Below are positions 36,516 through 43,579 of a DNA stretch of 43,579 bases, piece by piece. The stretch's first letter is position 1, and the number at the start of each line of letters is the position of its first letter. Both the position numbers and the translations under genes were made by a program. This DNA is from Acidobacteriota bacterium. GTDB lineage: Bacteria > Acidobacteriota > UBA6911 > JACQSX01. The notes beneath the pieces are model-generated. The model searched no databases. It had not been told where the DNA came from and saw nothing but the letters and a program-made list of their open reading frames with translations. Where the stretch lies: contig DASXQR010000057.1 of assembly GCA_036507075.1 (NCBI GenBank), positions 1 through 43,579 of the forward strand. The letters run 5' to 3'.

Positions 36516-37868
36516 ATGCAAAGCGAGAATCTGGACGAACGACTGAAAAGCCTGAAAATCGACCGCGGCACCTCGGCGCCGGCTCCACGGAAGGGAACCC
36601 CTAAGAAACTCCTCTTGGCGCTGTCGGTAATCGTGGTTCTGGCGGCATTTAGTTATCTTTATTTCTTTTCGGAGCCGAAAGTAGTTTCCGCCTCCGAAGT
36701 GAAAGTGGAAACCGGAACGTCACGGAACGGCAACACCGTGCTTACCGTTTCCGGATATGTGGTGGCCCACCATAAGATCGCCGTGGGTGCAAAAGTGATG
36801 GGCCGGGTCGCCTGGATCGGTGTTGAGAAAGGCGACAAAGTGCAAAAGGGCCAGACCCTGGTCAAACTCGAGGACGATGAATACACAGCTCAAGTGAATC
36901 AGGCGCGCGCCAACGTGGCGGCGGCGGAGGCGAGGGCCGATCAGTTGCACGCGGGTTATCGTCCGCAGGAAAAGCTGCAGGCGCGCGCTTCCGTGCTTCA
37001 GGCGGAAGCCAATCTGAAGAATGCCGAGGAAGACTATCGCCGCATCGAAAGGCTCTTTCACGAGGGCGTAGTTCCAAAAGCGGACCTGGATCGCGCAACG
37101 GCGCAACGCGACGTGGCGCGAGCCCAGTTGGAGTCGGCCCGCCAGGCGAGCGCTATCACCGAGATTGGACCGCGCGCCGAGGAAATCCGAGCTGCCGATG
37201 CCCAGCTCAGACAAATGAAGGCGGCCCTTGACTATGCCCTGACTCAACTGGCCAGCACGGAAATCAAGGCCCCGGTTTCAGGAACGGTACTGCAGCGAAT
37301 CGTCGAACGGGGGGAAATGGTTACTCCCTCGGCATTTGGCGAATCGGGCGCTCGGACATCGGTTGTCTCGCTGGCCGATCTGAACGATCTTCAGATTGAA
37401 CTGGACATCAGCCAGGCGGATTTCGCGCGCTTGAAAATGGGACAGCGGTGCGAAATTACTCCGGAAGCATTCTCCAACCTCAAGTACAGCGGTTACATCG
37501 CCGAGATCGCGCCCGAGGCAGATCGAGCCAAAGCCACCGTGCAGGTGAAAGTAAAGGTAGAGAAACCGGACGAGCGCCTGCGGCCGGAAATGAACGCGCG
37601 CGTGAACTTTCTGGACGATGAAAAACCCTCCGGACCCGCAACGCGCGTTTCAAGACCGCTGGTTCCCAAGGCGGCGGTGATCAAGAAGGACAACAGCGAC
37701 TTTGTTTTCGTGATCAAAGGCAATCGTGTGGAGCAGCGCCTGGTCAGGCTGGCCGAGCAGCGTGGAGATTTCTATTACGTGATCGAAGGATTGAGCGGCG
37801 GCGAATCGGTGGTTACCTCGGGCGCCGAAAAGCTGAAGGACGGAGACCGCGTGAAGGTTGGCACGTGA
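36516..37868 (+). CDS. Efflux periplasmic adaptor (MacA/HlyD-type membrane fusion protein)
   Basis: TM anchor, VEKGDKVQKGQ lipoyl-like half, long coiled coil, IKAPVSGTV, LRPEMNA. Confidence 0.93.
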   Translation: MQSENLDERLKSLKIDRGTSAPAPRKGTPKKLLLALSVIVVLAAFSYLYFFSEPKVVSASEVKVETGTSRNGNTVLTVSGYVVAHHKIAVGAKVMGRVAWIGVEKGDKVQKGQTLVKLEDDEYTAQVNQARANVAAAEARADQLHAGYRPQEKLQARASVLQAEANLKNAEEDYRRIERLFHEGVVPKADLDRATAQRDVARAQLESARQASAITEIGPRAEEIRAADAQLRQMKAALDYALTQLASTEIKAPVSGTVLQRIVERGEMVTPSAFGESGARTSVVSLADLNDLQIELDISQADFARLKMGQRCEITPEAFSNLKYSGYIAEIAPEADRAKATVQVKVKVEKPDERLRPEMNARVNFLDDEKPSGPATRVSRPLVPKAAVIKKDNSDFVFVIKGNRVEQRLVRLAEQRGDFYYVIEGLSGGESVVTSGAEKLKDGDRVKVGT

Positions 37869-37877
37869 GGCGGACGG

Positions 37878-38143
37878 CGGAAGCGGAAAGCAGAAAGCGG
37901 AATGCGGAATGGGGAAGGGCTGAATGAAAAACTGCCTGTGGTCCGTTGTCAGTGGTCAGTTGATCGCGGTCGTGAGCGTGGGCGTGATCGTCGACGTCTC
38001 TGGTTGACGCGCACGTGACCGTCTTCGGCTTTTTGTTTGGTTGCGGCCTGCGGCCGGGCGGTGGAATATAAGGAACAACGGACCACGGATAACGGACTAG
38101 GGACAGTTTTTTTATTCCGCATTCCGCATTCCACAATCCGCAA
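37878..38143. repeat. Three-layer nested element inside the ABC exporter operon
   Basis: (GCGGAAT)n at 37878-37926 pairs with (ATTCCGC)n at 38114-38143. (TCCGTTG)n at 37938-37962 pairs with (CAACGGA)n at 38076-38097. The core is a hexamer arm plus the TTTGGTTGCGGCCTGCGGCC module. Confidence 0.9.
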
Positions 38144-38216
38144 TTGTGAATTGATTGCGTCAGGTTTTGTTGTTGCAAGCCGTGATTGTAGACTGAAAAA
38201 TCTTCTGGAGAAGACT

Positions 38217-38933
38217 ATGTCAGATGTGATTGTAAAAGTGCGGAATGTTTCCAAGCGATTCAAGCGCGACGAATTTGAAATCGTGGCTCTTGAGGATGTA
38301 AGTCTCGATATCAAGAGGGGGGACTTTCTCGCTTTGATGGGCCCTTCAGGCTCAGGCAAGTCGACTCTGTTGAATCTGATAGCCGGGATTGACCGGCCGA
38401 GCCAGGGCGAGGTTACCGTATTGGACACAAATGTCGGCGGGTTAACCGAAAGCCAACTCGCCTCCTGGCGCAATGCGCATATCGGTTACATTTTCCAGAC
38501 TTTCAACCTCATTCCGGTTTTGGATGCTTTTGAAAATGTCGAACTGCCTCTGCTTTTGACCCGTCTATCCAGGGAGCAGCGCCGCAAGAATGTTCAGACT
38601 GCTCTTGAATTGGTTGGCCTGGAAGATCGCATGCGCCACTTGCCGCGCCAGCTCTCGGGGGGGCAGGAGCAGAGAGTCGCCATTGCCAGGGCGATTGTTA
38701 TCGATCCGGACCTGGTTCTGGCTGACGAGCCGACAGGAAACCTGGATGCCAGGTCCGGTGAGGAAATTCTCAACATCCTGAGGTCTCTGAATGAGAAGCT
38801 GGGAAAGACAATCGTCATGGTAACTCACGATCCACACGCGGCCCAGTACGCCCGCAGCGAGATGCACCTGGAAAAGGGATTGCTGCTCAACGGCGAGACC
38901 CCGCTGCAGTCCGCGGGTAGCAAAAAAGCCTAA
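38217..38933 (+). CDS. ABC transporter ATP-binding protein (LolD/MacB type)
   Basis: Walker [35 protein letters not shown] 38217 has a GGAG RBS. The upstream ORF extension is repeat-derived. Confidence 0.96.
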   Translation: MSDVIVKVRNVSKRFKRDEFEIVALEDVSLDIKRGDFLALMGPSGSGKSTLLNLIAGIDRPSQGEVTVLDTNVGGLTESQLASWRNAHIGYIFQTFNLIPVLDAFENVELPLLLTRLSREQRRKNVQTALELVGLEDRMRHLPRQLSGGQEQRVAIARAIVIDPDLVLADEPTGNLDARSGEEILNILRSLNEKLGKTIVMVTHDPHAAQYARSEMHLEKGLLLNGETPLQSAGSKKA

Positions 38934-39061
38934 CCGCGACGGCGCGAAAGCGCGAAGAGACTAAATTCATGCTGTAATAGACTTCAGGCGAAAGCACTGG
39001 CAGAACAGAATGCCAGCATCAGTGAAATGAATATCCTTCGCGCTTTCGCGCCTTCGCGGTT
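38932..39061. repeat. AACCGCGA-family palindrome overlapping the ATPase stop, between convergent genes
   Basis: AACCGCGACGGCGCGAAAGCGCGAAG...CTTCGCGCTTTCGCGCCTTCGCGGTT. Confidence 0.85.
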
Positions 39062-39072
39062 CAGTTCTAGTC

Positions 39073-39261
39073 TTAAAATGGCTGCTGTCCGCTTTGCAGG
39101 ATCTCTGCGCGTTGTTCAGGAGTGAGGGTGCCGGAGATCTCACGGCGGCGTAAATCAAAAATCGCGCGGCACCGAATACAGAACAATATCTTGTTCTTGC
39201 TCCAGCTTAATGTGGTGTTAGGTAGATATTCGCGAAGCAATTGTTTGCACTTGGGACACAT
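39073..39261 (-). CDS. Small putative zinc-binding protein (CxxC-x22-CxxC)
   Basis: 62 aa with CPKC...CIRC. Its start overlaps the upstream stop (TAATG). Confidence 0.6.
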   Translation of the reverse strand: MCPKCKQLLREYLPNTTLSWSKNKILFCIRCRAIFDLRRREISGTLTPEQRAEILQSGQQPF

Positions 39262-39620
39262 TACCGCTTCGCTTTTCGGCGCGCTGCCCAGTATTGTCGC
39301 ATCCGGGCGGCGCGGCGCCGGCGTTCGGCGGCGCTAAATTTGGGCTTCCTACGGCCCGCCGTCTTCGGTGTCGCCGCCCCTGCCTTTGCGGCTCGCCGGT
39401 CGGCCCAATACTGGCGCATTCGCTCTGCTCTGCGGCGCCTCTCAGCAGCGCTGAACTTCGATTTTCTTCTTCCACCGGTAGCAGAAGGAGGCTGCGCCGT
39501 CCGCCTGCTGCCGCCGCGCAGCTCGCTTTGAATCGCCACGATTTCAGTATTAATGCGGTCGCGCTCCGACTCCAACCCGCGCAATGCCAGCTCGAGCAAT
39601 CTCTGTCTGTCTGTAGCCAT
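39261..39620 (-). CDS. Small Arg-rich protein: N-terminal coiled coil plus two basic repeats (putative nucleic-acid binding)
   Basis: 119 aa. LLELALRGLESERDRINTEIVAIQSEL, then two copies of GRRK.KFSAAERRRRA.RMRQYWA.RR. GAGGGA RBS before ATG 39620. Confidence 0.8.
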   Translation of the reverse strand: MATDRQRLLELALRGLESERDRINTEIVAIQSELRGGSRRTAQPPSATGGRRKSKFSAAERRRRAERMRQYWADRRAAKAGAATPKTAGRRKPKFSAAERRRRAARMRQYWAARRKAKR

Positions 39621-39770
39621 TCTGTTGTCCCTCGATTGATTAGAAACGCGGCCAAGTATAACATTTACTAATAGAAAAGTTTCGCCGAAGCGTGCTGTCA
39701 AACTGGAAGCTGCGATACATTACTGGAATAATCGATTAGTCCCAGCAATTTTTTGTTAATTCAATATGTT

Positions 39771-40886
39771 ATGAATTCAAAAAGGCCAAGCGCAACAGTA
39801 GAAGGTACGAAAAAGTATTGGAGTCGTTTCACCACTTCGGTGGCGAGCAGCCACATTCGTCAAAGTCTTGGTGTATTGATCGGTTCGATTGGTCTGGGTA
39901 CATACCTGGGAAATCCGGATGATGAAACCGACAGCATGTACGAGGAAGCCCTGCAGACAGCCTTGTCGATGGGGACGAATGTCATCGATACGGCTGCAAA
40001 TTACCGGTTTCAACGCAGTGAGAAGACTGTCGGGCGGACGCTGAAGCAGTTATTTAACGCCGGCGTCTTTACCCGCGACGAGATATTTGTCTCCAGCAAG
40101 GCCGGCTTTATTCCTTACGAAGGCTCCGCCCCAATCGATCCGGAAGAGTATTTGCGGCGTGTGTTCCTGCAAACGAAGATCATCCAGAGCAGCGATCTTG
40201 TAGCTGGTTGCCATTGCCTGGCTCCACAGTATTTGATGCACCAGTTAGAACAGAGCCTGAACAATCTTCAGTTGGAGTGTATCGACCTTTATTACCTCCA
40301 CAATCCTGAAACACAACTGCTGGAAATTGTCCCCGACGAATTCAACCATCGCATGCTTGATGCCTTCGCAACGCTTGAAGAGTCGGTCAGTACGGGGAGA
40401 ATCCGTTATTACGGAACAGCCACCTGGAACGGATACCGGCTTCGCCCGGGCGCGCGTGATCTGCTGTCACTTCCCGAATTGTTGTCCCTGGCGGAACAGG
40501 CCGGAGGTAAGGACCATCGCTTTCGAGCCATTCAGCTTCCGGTCAATCTGGCCATGCCGGAGGCATTTACGCGGCAGAATCAGAATGACAATGAAACGTG
40601 GCGGCCCGTGTTGAACGTGGCTGAAGACAACGGAATGATGGTGATGGCCAGTGGTTCGATTTCACAAGGAAGCCTGACGCGTGACCTTCCAAGGGATCTC
40701 AGGGAAGTTCTCGGACAGAATACGGACGCTCAGAATGCGATTCAGTTTGTCCGATCCACTCCCGGTGTAACCACGGCTCTGGTGGGTATGAAAGACTCCG
40801 CTCACGTGCGGGAAAATCTGGCGCTGGCTGCGGTCGACCCTCTCCCGGAACATCAGTACATGCGTTTGTTCGCGCGAGTGGAATAA
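39771..40886 (+). CDS. Aldo/keto reductase
   Basis: IGLGTY, IDTAANY, SSKAG, IDLYYLHNPE, IQLPVN, TALVGM. Confidence 0.92.
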   Translation: MNSKRPSATVEGTKKYWSRFTTSVASSHIRQSLGVLIGSIGLGTYLGNPDDETDSMYEEALQTALSMGTNVIDTAANYRFQRSEKTVGRTLKQLFNAGVFTRDEIFVSSKAGFIPYEGSAPIDPEEYLRRVFLQTKIIQSSDLVAGCHCLAPQYLMHQLEQSLNNLQLECIDLYYLHNPETQLLEIVPDEFNHRMLDAFATLEESVSTGRIRYYGTATWNGYRLRPGARDLLSLPELLSLAEQAGGKDHRFRAIQLPVNLAMPEAFTRQNQNDNETWRPVLNVAEDNGMMVMASGSISQGSLTRDLPRDLREVLGQNTDAQNAIQFVRSTPGVTTALVGMKDSAHVRENLALAAVDPLPEHQYMRLFARVE

Positions 40887-41125
40887 TGGACGAGATCATT
40901 CGAGGTTCAGAAAAGTGCCACCAGTGTCAGGTGATCCTGCCGTTCGGGTTTCGCTGGAAGAACGGAGTTCAGCCGGTAGTCGACGATCAGGGGGACGATG
41001 TGATTCGAATGGAGGAAGGAGAAATCTTTCTGGACTGTCCGTCCTGCGGCGCGCAGAATTTCATGAAGCTCGAAAAGCAAGATGACAAAGTGGTGGGCCT
41101 GAGATTTGATCGTTTCGTCTGGTGA
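40886..41125 (+). CDS. Small putative zinc-ribbon protein
   Basis: 79 aa with CHQC...CPSCG. TAATG coupling to the aldo/keto reductase gene. Confidence 0.7.
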   Translation: MDEIIRGSEKCHQCQVILPFGFRWKNGVQPVVDDQGDDVIRMEEGEIFLDCPSCGAQNFMKLEKQDDKVVGLRFDRFVW

Positions 41126-41128
41126 GTG

Positions 41129-41255
41129 GAGCACGAATTTCCACGAATGACACGAATTTCACGAAGTTATTTGATTCCCGGCTATGGTTCGATAGAGATG
41201 GGAGAACTATTGTTAGCGGAAGATTCGTGAATTGTGTCCGGGAGAATTCGTGCTC
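41129..41255. repeat. CACGAAT 9-nt-period palindrome between convergent genes
   Basis: GAGCACGAATTTCCACGAATGACACGAATTTCACGAA...ATTCGTGAATT...GAATTCGTGCTC. Confidence 0.8.
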
Positions 41256-41262
41256 AACCAGC

Positions 41263-41544
41263 TTAGCGGAAAAGTTTGAGGTTCCGTTTTTCGTTGACGG
41301 CTTCTTCCATCTTTGTCCGGAGCCATCCATCAAGCGCTGATTTGAGAAATTTGTACCGGCCACCGATTTTTACAGCGGGAATATCTTTTTCTTTCAGGTA
41401 CCGATAGAAGGTCGGCAGCGCAATCTTCAGATAGCGGGCGGCATCTTTCGCACTCATGATTTCATCGCTGATTTCAACCGTCTCGCGGGTCCGCACTTTT
41501 GCCTGATCTCCTTTGGGTGGCCCTTCAACTGTATATTTTGACAC
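41263..41544 (-). CDS. Excisionase-family (HTH_17) DNA-binding protein
   Basis: IMSAKDAARYLKIALPTFYRYLKEKDIPAVKIGGRYKFLKSALDGWL. Confidence 0.88.
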   Translation of the reverse strand: MSKYTVEGPPKGDQAKVRTRETVEISDEIMSAKDAARYLKIALPTFYRYLKEKDIPAVKIGGRYKFLKSALDGWLRTKMEEAVNEKRNLKLFR

Positions 41545-41611
41545 GGTGTCAATTCAGCGTTCAATAAAAAGCGTAAAAAACTGTAAACGATAGAAGATCA
41601 ATAAGATGGCA

Positions 41612-41634
41612 GGCCCCGACCGTGATCGGGGCTC
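41612..41634 (-). terminator. Hairpin downstream of the Lys-rich microprotein (possible intrinsic terminator)
   Basis: On the minus strand, GAGCCCCGA-TCACGG-TCGGGGCC is followed by a T-rich tract that is not directly adjacent. Confidence 0.4.
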
Positions 41635-41650
41635 ATGTAAAACCGTGTTG

Positions 41651-41722
41651 TTACTTCTTTTTCTTGCTGGCTTTCTTTCCGCCGGCCTTTTTCTTGCCGC
41701 CGCCCTTTTTTTTGGTCGCCAT
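41651..41722 (-). CDS. 23-aa Lys/Gly-rich microprotein MATKKKGGGKKKAGGKKASKKKK
   Basis: Read manually and below the ORF-track cutoff. AAAGGAGG SD about 10 nt upstream of the ATG, TAA stop, downstream hairpin, mixed AAA/AAG Lys codons. Confidence 0.72.
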   Translation of the reverse strand: MATKKKGGGKKKAGGKKASKKKK

Positions 41723-42121
41723 GAACGCCGATCCTCCTTTCCCAGAAATTTTTCCCAACTGCCTTCATGTGGGAATGGGGTGATTTTGTACTCAGATTTA
41801 TAAAAATGCAAGCTTTTTTTGCTCTAATACCCCTTTATTACTGTGCGTTTTATCACAATTTTATCAATCTCAATGGAAGTCATTGAGCCTGAAGAGCTTG
41901 AGATTTCTACTGAAAGTCAAGTGATTTCTGGGTAAAAAAAGACGAGGAAACCCGCATCCAGCCTGATTTCCAGCGTTTCCTTAAGTGCCCGCGGCGATGA
42001 TGTTTCCTGGCTGGCCTTCCGTGCAGCACCTGATAAATATCGAGCCCGCTTGCACCCGTTCAAAGGGCCTACTAAACTTCATAAAAATTCACATTTGAAT
42101 CAACTTCGGCGCCGGGGGACT

Positions 42122-43489
42122 ATGGACTCAAAGATTGTCAAATTCATCGAACAGAACAAGAATCGTTACATTGAGGAGCTCAAGAGTTTTTTGAGGATTC
42201 CAAGCATAAGCACCGATCCCAATCATCGCAAGGATGTGCGCCAGTGCGCTGAGTTTGTAGTCGAGGAATTGAAAGATATCGGGTTTAAGGATGCCCACGT
42301 GTATGACACACCCGGACATCCGATTGTTTTCGCCCAGTGGCTGGAAGCTCCCGGCCAGCCCACGGTGTTGTTCTATGGACATTACGACGTTCAACCGGTT
42401 GATCCGCTTGATCTCTGGAAATCGCCGCCATTCGAGCCGGATATCAGGAACGGCGAAATCTATGCGCGCGGCTCAGCGGATGACAAAGGTCAGGTTTTCA
42501 TGCATTTCAAGAGTCTGGAGGCGCACCTGAAAAACACCGGGCGCCTGCCGGTAAACGTAAAACTGCTGATTGAGGGTGAAGAAGAGTGCGGCAGCGTCAA
42601 CCTGGACAATTTCATCGAAAAGCATCGCGAGATGCTCAAGGCGGATCTGGTGCTGATCTCGGATACGCCGATGTTCGCACGCGGCGTGCCGTCGATCTGT
42701 TACGGGTTGCGCGGGCTGGTTTACTTCCAGCTTGACCTGGTGGGGACTTCCACCGACCTTCACTCAGGAAGTTTCGGCGGCGCAGTGGCCAATCCCGCCT
42801 ACGTACTGTCAAAGCTGCTGGCTGAAATGAAGGATGAATCCGGCCACATTACTATTCCCGGTTTTTACGATGATGTCCGGCCGCTCACGGAACGAGAGCG
42901 GCGCGAGTACGCTTCGCTTCCGTTCGATCCAGACAAATTCCGCGCTGAGATCGGTGCCCCTCAGCTTTGGGGTGAAAAGGGCTTTTCTCCATTGGAACAG
43001 ATCTGGGCACGGCCCACTTTTGAAATCAACGGGCTGCTGGCCGGATTCACCGGTGAGGGAGCAAAGACAGTGATCCCGGCTCGCGCCATGGCTAAAGTCA
43101 GCATGCGGCTTGTGCCCGATCAGGACCCGGAAAAGATCGCCAAGCTGTTTGAGAACCATGTTACGAAGGTTTGTCCCAAGACCGTCGAGTTAAAGATTAC
43201 GCGCATGCACGGCGGGAAGGCATGGTTGGCGCCGATCGATCACCCGGCGATGCAGGCGGCAAGCCGGGCGTATGAAAAGGGTTTCGGAAAAAAGCCGGTC
43301 TTTGTGCGTGAAGGCGGCTCCATTCCAGTAGTGGCGACATTTGCGGAATTGCTCAAGGTTCCCAGCGTGCTGATTGGAATCGGACTGCCTGACGAAAATG
43401 CCCATGCGCCCAATGAGAAGCTGGATCTCGGAAATTTTCAGGGCGGAATTCTAAGCACCGCACATCTTTACCAGGAACTCGCCAAATAG
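42122..43489 (+). CDS. M20-family dipeptidase (cytosolic non-specific/DUG1-like)
   Basis: YGHYDVQP, ARGSADDKGQ, EGEEE, DLHSG, REGGSIP, HAPNE. Start at ATG 42122 after GGGGA. Confidence 0.94.
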   Translation: MDSKIVKFIEQNKNRYIEELKSFLRIPSISTDPNHRKDVRQCAEFVVEELKDIGFKDAHVYDTPGHPIVFAQWLEAPGQPTVLFYGHYDVQPVDPLDLWKSPPFEPDIRNGEIYARGSADDKGQVFMHFKSLEAHLKNTGRLPVNVKLLIEGEEECGSVNLDNFIEKHREMLKADLVLISDTPMFARGVPSICYGLRGLVYFQLDLVGTSTDLHSGSFGGAVANPAYVLSKLLAEMKDESGHITIPGFYDDVRPLTERERREYASLPFDPDKFRAEIGAPQLWGEKGFSPLEQIWARPTFEINGLLAGFTGEGAKTVIPARAMAKVSMRLVPDQDPEKIAKLFENHVTKVCPKTVELKITRMHGGKAWLAPIDHPAMQAASRAYEKGFGKKPVFVREGGSIPVVATFAELLKVPSVLIGIGLPDENAHAPNEKLDLGNFQGGILSTAHLYQELAK

Positions 43490-43502
43490 GGCGCCAGCCT
43501 GG

Positions 43503-43579
43503 GTGGTTGCGGGTTTTTGGGTTCCGGGTTGCGGGTTCCGAGTTGAGCTGGCTTGGTGTTTTGGTGGTCCAAAAAGAAT
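43503..43579. repeat. Left half of a nested element: (GGGTTGC)n followed by GTTGAGCTGGCTTGGTGTTTTGGTGGT (cut by the window edge)
   Basis: Same units as 5231/31419 and 1886-1953. Confidence 0.8.

Noticed and set aside
41263..41544. Prophage or ICE inferred from the excisionase-like gene
   Set aside because: No integrase, tRNA/att site or phage genes are nearby, and stand-alone HTH_17 regulators are common.
41554..41811. 85-aa basic ORF on the minus strand and 65-aa hydrophobic ORF 41606..41803 on the plus strand
   Set aside because: Both are alternative readings of the Lys-codon tract. Only the 41722 start has a well-placed SD.
1..43579. tRNA or rRNA genes
   Set aside because: No cloverleaf or rRNA-like conserved segments were recognised by eye. 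tRNAscan-SE and barrnap would be needed to confirm.

Overview
About 43.6 kb of moderately GC-rich bacterial chromosome. The gene content points to Acidobacteriota (Oar-type TonB receptor, TPR protein with an N-terminal beta-rich domain, DUF1800/DUF1501 pair); this taxon call is an inference. About 35 CDSs are supported. They include a GMC oxidoreductase, two M20 peptidases, a PAS-GGDEF-EAL protein, an Ntn acylase, a nitrilase-family hydrolase, YgfZ, DUF1015, a 2-oxoacid dehydrogenase operon with two E1-alpha genes, a DUF1800-DUF1501-EF-hand cluster and a MacAB-type ABC exporter. No rRNA, tRNA or CRISPR array was seen. The most striking signal is non-coding. Most of the larger intergenic gaps hold palindromic elements built from a small set of 6-10-nt periodic repeats and REP-like hairpins. 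These are nested in up to three layers, often sit against stop codons, and in two genes supply the stop codon. No cognate transposase is in the window, but a probable IS481-type right end lies at its left edge. A second unusual locus at 39.0-41.8 kb holds small putative nucleic-acid-binding proteins: an Arg-rich coiled-coil protein, two CxxC..CxxC proteins, an excisionase-type HTH, and a 23-aa Lys/Gly microprotein missing from the ORF track.
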